Assembly: GCA_963708075.1 (NCBI GenBank)
Contig: OY970194.1
Location: 960,001 to 1,024,000, forward strand
Length of the DNA stretch: 64,000 nt
Source of the DNA: Sedimentisphaerales bacterium
GTDB taxonomy: Bacteria > Planctomycetota > Phycisphaerae > Sedimentisphaerales > Anaerobacaceae
Direction: 5' to 3'
A model generated the notes under the pieces. The model ran no database searches and had not been told where the DNA came from. It saw only the letters and a program-made list of their open reading frames with translations. Position 1 is the first letter of the stretch, and every line of letters begins with the position of its first letter. Positions 47,048-56,397 of this stretch are shown piece after piece. The position numbers and the translations under genes are program-made.

Positions 47048-48988
47048 TTACCTGACTCCGATGCCGCTTGGTCGCGTGTTCGCGCCGTTGAGGTTGAGGT
47101 GGTAGAGGTTGGGCAGTTGCTCCCAGAGACGCTGGACGGCCTCGTCGCTGAAGTCGCGGTCCGAGTGGACCTCCAGGAATGCAAGCTGCTTGAAGCCTTC
47201 AAGATAGCCCAAACCTTTGTCGGTGATGCGCCCGCTATGATCCGGCATGTGTTCGTCCCTATCAAGACCGCCGCGGATGCTCAGATGATTGAGCTTCTTC
47301 ATGTTAGCCAGTTGCTTGAGTCCCTCATCCGTCAGGCTGCCGCCGAGGCCCAGCCGATCCATCTCGGTCAGACCGGCCAGGTAGGGCATGCCCCGATCTG
47401 TGAAATTGCGGGGTTGGATTTGGAGCCAACGTAGCTTCTTCAGATTGGGCAGGCATGCCAGATCGGCATCACCGAATGCGTCCTGAGCGTCAGGGCTGAG
47501 GGTCAGGGTCAGGTACTCGATGTTCACCAAACCCGACAGGTCCAGCACGGCCCCACTCCGCACCAAGTCGCCTACATCCAACCGCGTCACGCCTGACAGC
47601 GAATGAAGCGAACTCAAGCCTGCGATGGTCAGGCGACTGTGCCTGATGTGGAGACTCCTGAGCGATCTCAAGCCGGCCAGCTTGGCCAGTCCCTTATCAG
47701 TCACGCCCTCGCAGCCGACCATGCTGAGTTCCCTCAAGTTCATCAGTTTCGCAATAGAGTCCATGCCGGTGTCGGTAATTCCGATGCTGCCGATGTAGAG
47801 TTCCTCAAGCTGATGGAGTTTGGCCAGTTCCGCCAGACCTCGGTCGGTGTAGTATTCCTTGTTCACGGCGGGATTATTGAAATGGATTCGGGAGATCTGG
47901 AGGTGCTTGAGGTTCGGGAGTTCCGCCAGGTGGGCCAGCCCGACATCCGTGATGCCGTGCTGATCTCCGGGGAGATCGAGATGCTCAAGCGTCCTGATCT
48001 GCTTGAGGTGACTCAGTCCCGTGTCCGTCACCTGTGCGCTGGCAATGTCCAGTTTCCTCAGGGAGCGTGTCTTGGCAAGATGGGCGAGGCCTGCATCGGT
48101 GATGCCTCGCATCCCATGCAAGCTCAACATCTCAAGATTGGGCAGTTCCGATAGATGGGCCAGGCCGGCATCGCCGATTCGACAGTAGCCGTCATGAATG
48201 GAGAAGATTCGGAGCGACGGAATCTGTTTGAGGTAGACCATGCCGGCATCCGTGAAGCCGGGACCATTCACGGCCAGGTACTTCAGATGCGGTAGGCCTC
48301 GCAAGTGCGCCAGGCCCACGTCGCCGATGCCTTGGCCGAGATACAGCTCTTCCAGGGCCGTCAGTTTGCTGATGTGCTGCACGCCGGCGCCGGTGATCTT
48401 CGTGTCCCACGGGAAGTACAGCCGCTTGAGCGATGAGAGTTGTGCGACATGAGTCATGCCCCGGCTGGTGACCTTGATATTCAGGCTCAACTCCTCGAGC
48501 GATGGAAAGCTCGCAAGCATTCTCATTCCCCAGTCGGTGATGTCGGTGTTGTCCAGCCCCAGTTCTCTCAGTCCGCTCAGATGCGTCACGGGCTTGAGGC
48601 GTGCGTCGCCCGGCTTGACCCGGCCCATCGTTTCTGTGAACCTCAGGCTGTAGAGATCATCCGGCTGGAGCTTCATGAGCCATGAAAGGTCGGCCCATGA
48701 ATCGGCATTGACCGTGAGGCGTACATGCTTGCCGGGAGGGACGCGGATGTCCCCCTGCGCCTCGCAGAAGTACTCCCACGGGGTTCCACTGAGGCCATTG
48801 ATCCCGGTCCAGTGGAACCAGAGCGTGAATTCTCTGCCCGTTCCTTCGTCCTGGACGTGAATCTGTCCTACCGGTCGGTCGCTGGGAAAACGCAGGATGC
48901 GTGCTTCATGGATCTTCCCGACCTCGGCCGGAACTGCAGCGCCGAGGATCGCCGGCACAACCAGAAACGCTGTCAAACCGATCTGCAT
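47048..48988 (-). CDS. Secreted leucine-rich repeat protein
   Basis: AGGAGG RBS, MQIGLT start, signal peptide, many repeats of L..L..L.L....ITD.GL.HL. Confidence 0.9.
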   Translation of the reverse strand: MQIGLTAFLVVPAILGAAVPAEVGKIHEARILRFPSDRPVGQIHVQDEGTGREFTLWFHWTGINGLSGTPWEYFCEAQGDIRVPPGKHVRLTVNADSWADLSWLMKLQPDDLYSLRFTETMGRVKPGDARLKPVTHLSGLRELGLDNTDITDWGMRMLASFPSLEELSLNIKVTSRGMTHVAQLSSLKRLYFPWDTKITGAGVQHISKLTALEELYLGQGIGDVGLAHLRGLPHLKYLAVNGPGFTDAGMVYLKQIPSLRIFSIHDGYCRIGDAGLAHLSELPNLEMLSLHGMRGITDAGLAHLAKTRSLRKLDIASAQVTDTGLSHLKQIRTLEHLDLPGDQHGITDVGLAHLAELPNLKHLQISRIHFNNPAVNKEYYTDRGLAELAKLHQLEELYIGSIGITDTGMDSIAKLMNLRELSMVGCEGVTDKGLAKLAGLRSLRSLHIRHSRLTIAGLSSLHSLSGVTRLDVGDLVRSGAVLDLSGLVNIEYLTLTLSPDAQDAFGDADLACLPNLKKLRWLQIQPRNFTDRGMPYLAGLTEMDRLGLGGSLTDEGLKQLANMKKLNHLSIRGGLDRDEHMPDHSGRITDKGLGYLEGFKQLAFLEVHSDRDFSDEAVQRLWEQLPNLYHLNLNGANTRPSGIGVR

Positions 48989-49105
48989 GATTGTCCTCCT
49001 TAAATAACCGCGCAATGTTGACGCAGACGTCGGAGGATTGATGCAAAAAGCACGAGGAATCCGGCCTGCGCAGGAACCGGCATGTCATCTGCTGGTTGGG
49101 ACGCA

Positions 49106-49594
49106 TCAGGACCGAGCGAATGCCGTCTCCCATTGCCGCTGGAGCGCCGGCAGCGGCTTGCCGCAAATCTGTTCGAGCTTCTCGATATTCCGCTCCAGGC
49201 CGGCCTTCTCGCTGGAGTTCCGGAGGGTCTGATAGGCTTCGAGGAATCTGGCTCGACCGACGGTGTCGATCAGAAACTTGACGAAAGAAGCAGCTTCGGC
49301 ATAAGCGACCGGCGGCCGCGTCTGTTCAGACCCGATCTCCGTGAAGCTCAACAGCTTCGGCAACCCAAGCGTGCCAAACACTTGACGGACGTCACGTTGG
49401 ATCTCCGCGGGCAGTTCCATCCGCTCCTTCGTGAGCCGTCGCATCATTCGTCCCGCCTTGATCGAAGCTATCGCGAGAAAGATGATGAGTCCCGTCAGCC
49501 AGAGGAGCACAATCACCTCACGTGCGGAGAGGGCAGGCATGAAGCCCCCGCGTCGCGGATGTCTCTTGGGGCGATTGAGGGGGCGTCTGTGCAT
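49106..49594 (-). pseudogene. Chimeric remnant: BlaR1/M56-like TM segment joined to peptidase MA-like C-terminus
   Basis: LLWLTGLIIFL..KAGRMMRRL resembles an M56 TM region; AYAEAASFVKFLIDTVGRARFLEAY resembles a peptidase C-terminus; no HEXXH and no clear start. Confidence 0.45.
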
Positions 49595-49617
49595 AGATCC
49601 TCTGGGCTATCGGGCGC

Positions 49618-49648
49618 AAAGAAAAACCCTCCCGGAGGCGGGAGGGTG
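49618..49648 (-). terminator. Rho-independent terminator after csrA
   Basis: Minus strand ACCCTCCCG-CCTC-CGGGAGGGT followed by TTTTCTTT. Confidence 0.75.
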
Positions 49649-49689
49649 GAAGATTCGATCGTTGACAGGCAGAAGAGAGGAAGTGTCTG

Positions 49690-49974
49690 CTATTCAGTTT
49701 CCTGGGGAGTTTTCTCCGGTTTCGTGTTCTTCCTGCGGGCCGGCTCCTCAGGTTTCTCCGCCGTCTCAGTTATGGGACTGGCCTGGGCTGTCCCTTCGGC
49801 CTTCTGGGCCTTTTCCCGTTGAATGGCGTCGTAAATCTCTCTGCGGTGCACGGGGATGCTCTTCGGGGCGGTAATCCCCAACCGAACCTTGTCGCCTCGG
49901 ACGTCGACGATGGTGATCTCAACGTCGTCCCCGATCATAATGGATTCGTCTCGTTGTCTGCTCAGAACCAACAT
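49690..49974 (-). CDS. csrA: Carbon storage regulator CsrA
   Basis: MLVLSRQRDESIMIGDDVEITIVDVRGDKVRLGITAPKSIPVHRREIY; AAGGAG RBS. Confidence 0.97.
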   Translation of the reverse strand: MLVLSRQRDESIMIGDDVEITIVDVRGDKVRLGITAPKSIPVHRREIYDAIQREKAQKAEGTAQASPITETAEKPEEPARRKNTKPEKTPQETE

Positions 49975-50277
49975 CGTTAACTCCTTTTGTCGGCTGGTTT
50001 CCCGATTTCTCCTACGTTACGGAGAATTCCAGTGTTCACTTAGCCGATTCGTTTACGTTCCAAACACGGGACGGCGCCTGCCCTTGGCAGCGGCCCCACA
50101 TGTCACCCGGAAGGCTTCATGTAGTCTATATTTCGGCTAATTGAGGGAGGCAAACCAAACAAATTCACTTTTCTTTGGATGTCCCACGTCGGTTATCAGA
50201 CGTTGCCGGCGTAAGTGCTTGCAGGAACGGGAGTTAGCGATTTTTCCGGGTTCGAAAAAATCAAAAATGCTGCCAAG

Positions 50278-51177
50278 TTATCCGGCACTTTCATGCTTTC
50301 GCCAATACTCGTAGCGGACCGCCAGCCAGTAGCCGGTGACGGCGCCGATCGCGCCGACGGCCACGAACTGCAGCGGCAAAATAGCGAAAATGGCGTGGGG
50401 GAAGAAGGTGGCCGGCTCAGTCTCCGCGAATTTCGCAACGGTCTGCGAATTGCCGTATACCGCGTCGGCAAAGGGCAGCACCAGGAGTGCGGCGATGGCG
50501 GGCCAGAGGTAGCTCAGGTTGAGGAACTTCTTGACGACGAACGCGGCGGCCCCGAAGGCGCCGAGAATAGCGAAGAAGATTTGGCCGACCGCAGGCTGGG
50601 CGGCGACCATCTCGTAGGACGTGCAGAGGTCCTGGGCGAAAACACCGGTGAAGAAGGCGATAAGCACCACGCTGACAAGCAGTGCGACGGCAACGTTCAG
50701 ATAAAGACCCGGGTTGAGATGGCTCTTGATCTGAGCCAGGCTCGGCGCAGGCCTGGAGCCGGGGCGCCATTGCTGAGCCGCCAGTACGCCGGCAAAGCCT
50801 GCTGCCACAATCAGTAGCCAGTAGGCTGGCTCGAAACGCAACGAGTGCAGAAGAGCCTCTCGTTGGTCCGGCTTGTTGAGCGCCTGCGTCAGCACCCGCA
50901 TGGGCCCGGACCGGCCGGCCCACACAGCCAGCCCAAAGGGCACGCCGAGAATTGCGATCTCCCGGCCGTGAGGCCAGGCGATGAAGTACCCCGCAAACCC
51001 AACGCCAAATGCCAGCAACAGCAACATTATCGTTCCTGAGAGACTTATGTGCCATGCGCGGACAGGCAGCAGAGGATCGGCGGGGGCTGCGAGCGGCCAT
51101 GCCAGCATCCCGATCACAATTATGCCCAGCGCCGCCACGGCGGCGATTCTCAGCTTGTTAATTCCTGTCAATTCCAT
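50278..51177 (-). CDS. Multi-pass membrane hypothetical protein
   Basis: AAGGA RBS, start MELTGINK; about eight hydrophobic segments. Confidence 0.7.
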   Translation of the reverse strand: MELTGINKLRIAAVAALGIIVIGMLAWPLAAPADPLLPVRAWHISLSGTIMLLLLAFGVGFAGYFIAWPHGREIAILGVPFGLAVWAGRSGPMRVLTQALNKPDQREALLHSLRFEPAYWLLIVAAGFAGVLAAQQWRPGSRPAPSLAQIKSHLNPGLYLNVAVALLVSVVLIAFFTGVFAQDLCTSYEMVAAQPAVGQIFFAILGAFGAAAFVVKKFLNLSYLWPAIAALLVLPFADAVYGNSQTVAKFAETEPATFFPHAIFAILPLQFVAVGAIGAVTGYWLAVRYEYWRKHESAG

Positions 51178-51466
51178 AGCTGCATCCTTCAAAGCAGTCG
51201 CCAAGGTATCTGTACAGTGGGTTGGCGTCAAGCCTTTTCCCGGTTGTACTGAGGTTGGGTGCACGGCAGAAGTAGCACCCAGTCTTGGCCCGGGCAGAAG
51301 ATTCGGGCTCCGGATCTGCGCGGGGCAGCGGGAGAGGCTTGCGGTTTGGGCAGATCGTGGTATCGTGATGCGGCATTGGATGGCCGTGGGGCATCTCACT
51401 CGCCGCGCACAAGCGCAACGCGGCGTGCCACAGCTAAGACATGCGTCTGAAAGAGCCGGAAAGGGC

Positions 51467-52765
51467 ATGACGATGGATGGAAAGCTGGTCCGAAAAGTGC
51501 TGTCGTTTCGATGGCTGCTTTTCGCGATATTGGCGACAGGTTATGCGCTTGTGTACTTCCACAGGTTCTCGCCTTCCGTCGTGGCGAACGATCTGATGCG
51601 AGACTTTCAGACGACGGCCCGTGCTCTGGGCGGACTCGGCTCAATCTACTTCTACTGTTATGCGGTGATGCAGTTTCCTGCGGGGCTGCTGTCCGACTCC
51701 ATCGGACCCCGCAAGACGGTGATGTACTCACTGCTGATCGGGGCGGCGGGCAGCTTTCTGTTCGCCGTGTCGCCGAGCATCCAGATCGCAAGGTTGTCAC
51801 GTGTGCTGGTCGGGCTGGGTGTCTCCATGGTGTTCATCCCGACGCTCAAGATGGTGTCGCAATGGTTCCGGGCGCGGGAGTTTGCCCTGATGTCGGGCAT
51901 GCTGCAGGCGGCGGGGGGCCTGGGAATCCTCGGGGCGACGTGGGTTCTCGGCCTGCTGGCGACCTGGTTCGGCTGGCGGCTGTCGTTCCACATCATCGGC
52001 GTGTGTACCGCCGTCACCGTGGCGGCGGTCTGGCTGGCGGTCCGTGACAAGCCGGCCGATGTGGGCTGGCCATCCATTGCGCAGATCGACGGTTGCACCG
52101 GGGAGGCGAATCCTGCACAGGGGAAGGTCGGGCTGTGGCAGGGCGTAGGCCGAGTGCTCTCGGAGGGGGCGTTCTGGCCGGTGGCCGTGTGGTTCTTCTT
52201 TGACTGCGGGATCTTCTTCGCGTTCGGCGGCCTGTGGGCCGGGTCGTACCTGATGGATACTTACGGGCTGAGCAAGAGACAGGCCGGCGCGATCCTCAGC
52301 ATGACGGCGTGGGCAATGATATTCGGCGGCCCGCTGCTCGGATTGCTCTCGCAGAAGATCCTGCGAAGCCGCAAGAAGACGTTCATCCTGTGCACATCCA
52401 CGCTCGTCGTGCTGCTGCTGTTTCTCAACATTTTCCCCGCCGGGCTGCCTCTCGCGGTTCTGTATGCCTGGTTCTTCCTGTTCTCCGTGAGTTCCTCGGC
52501 GATTGTCGTCATGGGGTTCACGAGCACAAAGGAACTGTTCCCGGTTGAGATGGCCGGGACTTGCGTCGGGATGGTGAATTTTTTCCCGTTCCTGGGCGGG
52601 GCGGTGTTCATGCCGGTGCTGGGCCGGGTGCTCGATGCATATCCCAGAAGCGACGCCGGGGCCTACCCTGTCGCCGGCTATCACATGATCTTGGTGATCC
52701 TTCTGCTGGCGTCCCTGATCTCGCTGGCGTGCACGTTCGTAATGAAGGAGACCTGGCGACAGTAG
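51467..52765 (+). CDS. MFS transporter
   Basis: YFHRFSPSV, QFPAGLLSDSIGPRK motif A, about 12 TM helices; start reassigned to 51467. Confidence 0.9.
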   Translation: MTMDGKLVRKVLSFRWLLFAILATGYALVYFHRFSPSVVANDLMRDFQTTARALGGLGSIYFYCYAVMQFPAGLLSDSIGPRKTVMYSLLIGAAGSFLFAVSPSIQIARLSRVLVGLGVSMVFIPTLKMVSQWFRAREFALMSGMLQAAGGLGILGATWVLGLLATWFGWRLSFHIIGVCTAVTVAAVWLAVRDKPADVGWPSIAQIDGCTGEANPAQGKVGLWQGVGRVLSEGAFWPVAVWFFFDCGIFFAFGGLWAGSYLMDTYGLSKRQAGAILSMTAWAMIFGGPLLGLLSQKILRSRKKTFILCTSTLVVLLLFLNIFPAGLPLAVLYAWFFLFSVSSSAIVVMGFTSTKELFPVEMAGTCVGMVNFFPFLGGAVFMPVLGRVLDAYPRSDAGAYPVAGYHMILVILLLASLISLACTFVMKETWRQ

Positions 52766-52769
52766 CCCT

Positions 52770-54017
52770 ATGTATGCCTTGGGAATGATTTTCGCGTCGC
52801 TGGCGGTGCTGGTCGTCCTGCTGCGGCTGAAGGTTCGGATCGGGCTGGCGATGACGATCTCGGCCATTGCGCTGGCGGTGCTGCTGCGCGTGACGCCGGG
52901 GGCGATGTGGGGCCGGTTGGCGGCGGAGTGGCGGGAGCAGCCGTTGACGGAAACGACTCCATACCTGTTCGTCTCGCTGACGGCGCTGCTGCTGCTGGTG
53001 AATGTGGTGGGGGAGGCGATGGGCCAGATCGGGCTATCGGCCCGACTGGTGCCCGCGATGCACGGTTTGCTTCGCAGCCGCCGGGTGGCGCTGGCGACAA
53101 TCCCACTGCTGATGGGCATGTTGCCGACGCCGGGCGGGATCATGCTCTCGGCCCCCATGGTGCGCGAGGCGGGGGACAAGATCGGAGTGGAGCGCAGCCG
53201 GGTCGCGGCGATCAACTTTTTCTTTCGCCACCAGTGGGAGCCGGTCTGGCCTCTGTTCCCGGCGGTCCCGCTGATCGTGCAGATGCTGGGCGTCCCTGCG
53301 GCCGGCGTGGTCGGCTACCATGCGGCGCTATCCATTGCCGGGATTCTCGGTGGCATCGTGTTTCTGCTGCTGTTCGGCATTCCACCCCGCCGAGCCGAAC
53401 ACATGGAGGTCGGGACAGATATCGGTTCGCACGTGAAGGATTTCATCCATGCCCTGTGGCCGATCCTGTTCACGGCCGTGCTGTACGTCGGCCTCAACGT
53501 GCCGCCGGCGGTCGGCATATTCCTCGCGATCATCGGCCTGCTCCTGCTGCACCGGGTGAACGTGCGCCGGTGGGGCGGGATTTTCCGGGCGGCCCGCGAG
53601 CCGGACGTGATTCTGCTGCTGTTCGGGGCTCTGTGGTTCAAGCTGATCCTGGAGTCCAGCGGCGCGATTGGGAGCGTCGTCACATTCTTTGAGCAGGTCC
53701 ACATGCCGCCGCTGCTGGTGCTGTTCGTGTTGCCGTTCATCGTGAGCTTCAGCACGGGCGTGACAACGCCGACCGTGGCGATCACGTATCCCTTCCTCAT
53801 GCCATTCATCGGCACGGGCGAGAATCTTTCGCTGGGTCTCGAAACCCTGGCCTTTGCCGGCGTGGTCTTTGGGCTGGCGATCAGTCCGATTCACCTGTGC
53901 CTGGCGCTGTCCGCAAGTTACTTCAACACGCCATTGCTGCGGATCATCTGGAAGGTACTGCCGCCCTCGCTGTGTGTAACAGGCGCGGGATTCGCCCTGG
54001 CACTCCTGGCCGGGTGA
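52770..54017 (+). CDS. DUF401-family membrane protein
   Basis: MGMLPTPGGIMLSAPMV, INFFFRHQWE..WPLFP, ISPIHLCL. Confidence 0.82.
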   Translation: MYALGMIFASLAVLVVLLRLKVRIGLAMTISAIALAVLLRVTPGAMWGRLAAEWREQPLTETTPYLFVSLTALLLLVNVVGEAMGQIGLSARLVPAMHGLLRSRRVALATIPLLMGMLPTPGGIMLSAPMVREAGDKIGVERSRVAAINFFFRHQWEPVWPLFPAVPLIVQMLGVPAAGVVGYHAALSIAGILGGIVFLLLFGIPPRRAEHMEVGTDIGSHVKDFIHALWPILFTAVLYVGLNVPPAVGIFLAIIGLLLLHRVNVRRWGGIFRAAREPDVILLLFGALWFKLILESSGAIGSVVTFFEQVHMPPLLVLFVLPFIVSFSTGVTTPTVAITYPFLMPFIGTGENLSLGLETLAFAGVVFGLAISPIHLCLALSASYFNTPLLRIIWKVLPPSLCVTGAGFALALLAG

Positions 54018-54024
54018 CAGGGTC

Positions 54025-54813
54025 CTACCGGATCGTGATGGAGCCGACGTCGGTGCGGAGATCCACCTGGCCTTCGGCGGCGCCGAGAGAGGCTCTGACA
54101 GACTTGCCGAGCGAGCCGCTGACGGTGATGGGTCTGTCCGTATGGATGTGACCGACGTTGACGGCAGCGGTGAGATTCGCGGAGATCTGGGATGGGCCCG
54201 TGAAGTCGATGTTGCCGACATTGGCAGAGGCGTTGACATCGAGAGCAGCCGGGGCATCGGGCGAGTAAGCAGCCTTGATGTCGCCGACGTTCGTGTGCAG
54301 GCTCATGCCATCGCGCAGCCCGCTGCAAGTGATTGAGCCAACGTCCGTGTGGGTTTCCACGCGACGGGTGAATTCGTTGACCCGGATATCCCCCACATCA
54401 GTGGTGCAGTCGAGACGCAGGCCGGGCGGAGCGGTAATCGCGAAATCGACGGCGAGATGGTTGCGGCCGAAGCCGGATGGTTTCTCCGCCTTGACCACGA
54501 GCGTGTCGCCGGATGGCTCGGCGGTGACGCGGACCCCTTCAAGCAGGGCTTCCGCCTCTTCATCCGTCTTGGCCTTGACCGTGATATCAGCAGTGATACG
54601 GACCTCGGCTGCATCCATCGCATCGAGCTTGATCGTCCCAACATTCGTAGTCACCTTGAGGGCGGATGCACTGCCGACCGCAACGCTACGCTGGTCCGTT
54701 CGTTTCGCCTTGCCCTGCAGATTGTCACCACCGATCGTGATGCAGCCGGCAGTGGCGACGACGAACGCAAACACAACGCACAAACCGATTTCTGTCATCA
54801 GGGCTCTTCTCAT
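54025..54813 (-). CDS. DUF4097-like beta-strand-repeat lipoprotein
   Basis: TAGC lipobox-like motif; repeated T(N/D)VG(D/S/T)I units. Confidence 0.75.
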   Translation of the reverse strand: MRRALMTEIGLCVVFAFVVATAGCITIGGDNLQGKAKRTDQRSVAVGSASALKVTTNVGTIKLDAMDAAEVRITADITVKAKTDEEAEALLEGVRVTAEPSGDTLVVKAEKPSGFGRNHLAVDFAITAPPGLRLDCTTDVGDIRVNEFTRRVETHTDVGSITCSGLRDGMSLHTNVGDIKAAYSPDAPAALDVNASANVGNIDFTGPSQISANLTAAVNVGHIHTDRPITVSGSLGKSVRASLGAAEGQVDLRTDVGSITIR

Positions 54814-54908
54814 GGGTCGATCTCCTAAAGCACTTACGCTCTTAGTCGCTCAGCAGGCCCCATTATTGCGGGCATTCCGCCTTTTCAAGTCGAAAGGAGA
54901 ATCGAACG

Positions 54909-56362
54909 TCAGTTGCAGAATTTCTCCTTTGTGCCTGGTTCCGCCTTGCCGCCCTTGACGGGCGCTGGATGCACTTGCTTGAGCAAAGCCTTCATTTGTG
55001 CGACCACGTCGGCGTGCTCGGCGTTGCCGGCCAGATTGTGCAGCTCGTGCGGATCGTTGTCATGATCGTAGAGTTCCTGCCCCCTGTCCCCGGAGGCCCA
55101 TTCGGTGTACCGCCAACGCTCGGTCCGGACGCTGTGGCCCGGATCGGTGCCGCGCTGGACCTGGGTGAAGGCAGGGTGGTTCCATTGGGCCTGGGGATCG
55201 TCGATCAGCGGGCGCAGACTGAAACCTTCCAAATGCTCCGGAGACGTTAGACCGGCCAGTTCGGCCAGCGTTGGATACAGATCGACCAGCTCCACCGGGC
55301 GGGAACTCGCCCGGCCCGCCGTCTTCTGTCCAGGCACCGAAATAATCAGCGGCACGCGCGCCGATTCCTCGAAACAACTCTGCTTGAACCACAGCCCGTG
55401 CTCACCAAGATGGTACCCGTGGTCGCTCCAGAACACGATAATGGTGTTGTCGCGCAATCCGAGCCGGTCCACGGCGTCGAGAAGCCGCCCGATCTGGGCA
55501 TCGACGAACGAGATGGCCGCGTAATACGCCCGCTTGCACTCGCGCGCTTGCTCCGCCGTGACGCCGAGATAGGGCCACGGCCGGGTCGAAGCGAGCGCCA
55601 GCGGCGGATAGTCGCCCGGGGTTTGCGGGGTGATTCCCGGCAGCGAGATCGGATCCATCGGATAGAGGTCGAAATACTTCTTCGGAGTCACCCACGGGCA
55701 GTGCGGCTTGTAGAATCCTGCCGCGATGAAAAACGGCTTGTCCTTGTGTTCCTCGAGCAATCGGATCGTCTGGTCGGCCACCTTGCCGTCGGTGTGCTCC
55801 GGGTCTGTCCCGGTCTTGTCCGCCAGAAACGCCATGGCCGAACCCAAGCCCCGCCTGGGCGTGTAATTCATGATGTCAGGTTCGAGCGCCGTCTTGTCGC
55901 GTCCCGCGGGATTGAGTCGTTCCGTCCACGACGCCCGGTCATCCAGACCGTTGGTGCCGATGTCCCCTGGATTGCCATAGTGATACATCTTCCCGACGCG
56001 TGCTACGTAGTAGCCATTGCGTATGAACATCTGTGGAAGCGTCACCACGTCGGGCAGATCCTGGCGGAAGTGATACTGCAGATCGAACACCCGCGTGCTG
56101 TCGGGCGCAAACCGGTTAAGAGCGAGGAGCGGCTCGGACTGCACAGCGGAAACTGGCAGTAGGCCCGGTCGAACCGCACGCCGCGAGCAGCGAGACGGTC
56201 GATGCTCGGCGATTTCACCAATGGGTGCCCGAAGCAGCCGAGGTCATTGTTCATATCATCCACGGCGATGAACAGGATGTTTGGTTTAGAAGGGGCTGCG
56301 ATCGCTGTGCCAGCCAGCGTCAGCACCATCACGACGGCAATGGGACGGATCAGCGTTTTCAT
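54909..56362 (-). CDS. Sulfatase (iduronate/choline-sulfatase-like); frameshift near 56103
   Basis: [15 protein letters not shown] formylglycine motif, GKMYH, KPHCP, WSDHG; adding one C restores TGLRPDSTRV. Confidence 0.9.
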
Positions 56363-56397
56363 CGGACCAGGCTCCCTTATCATTCAGTGGATTGCGT

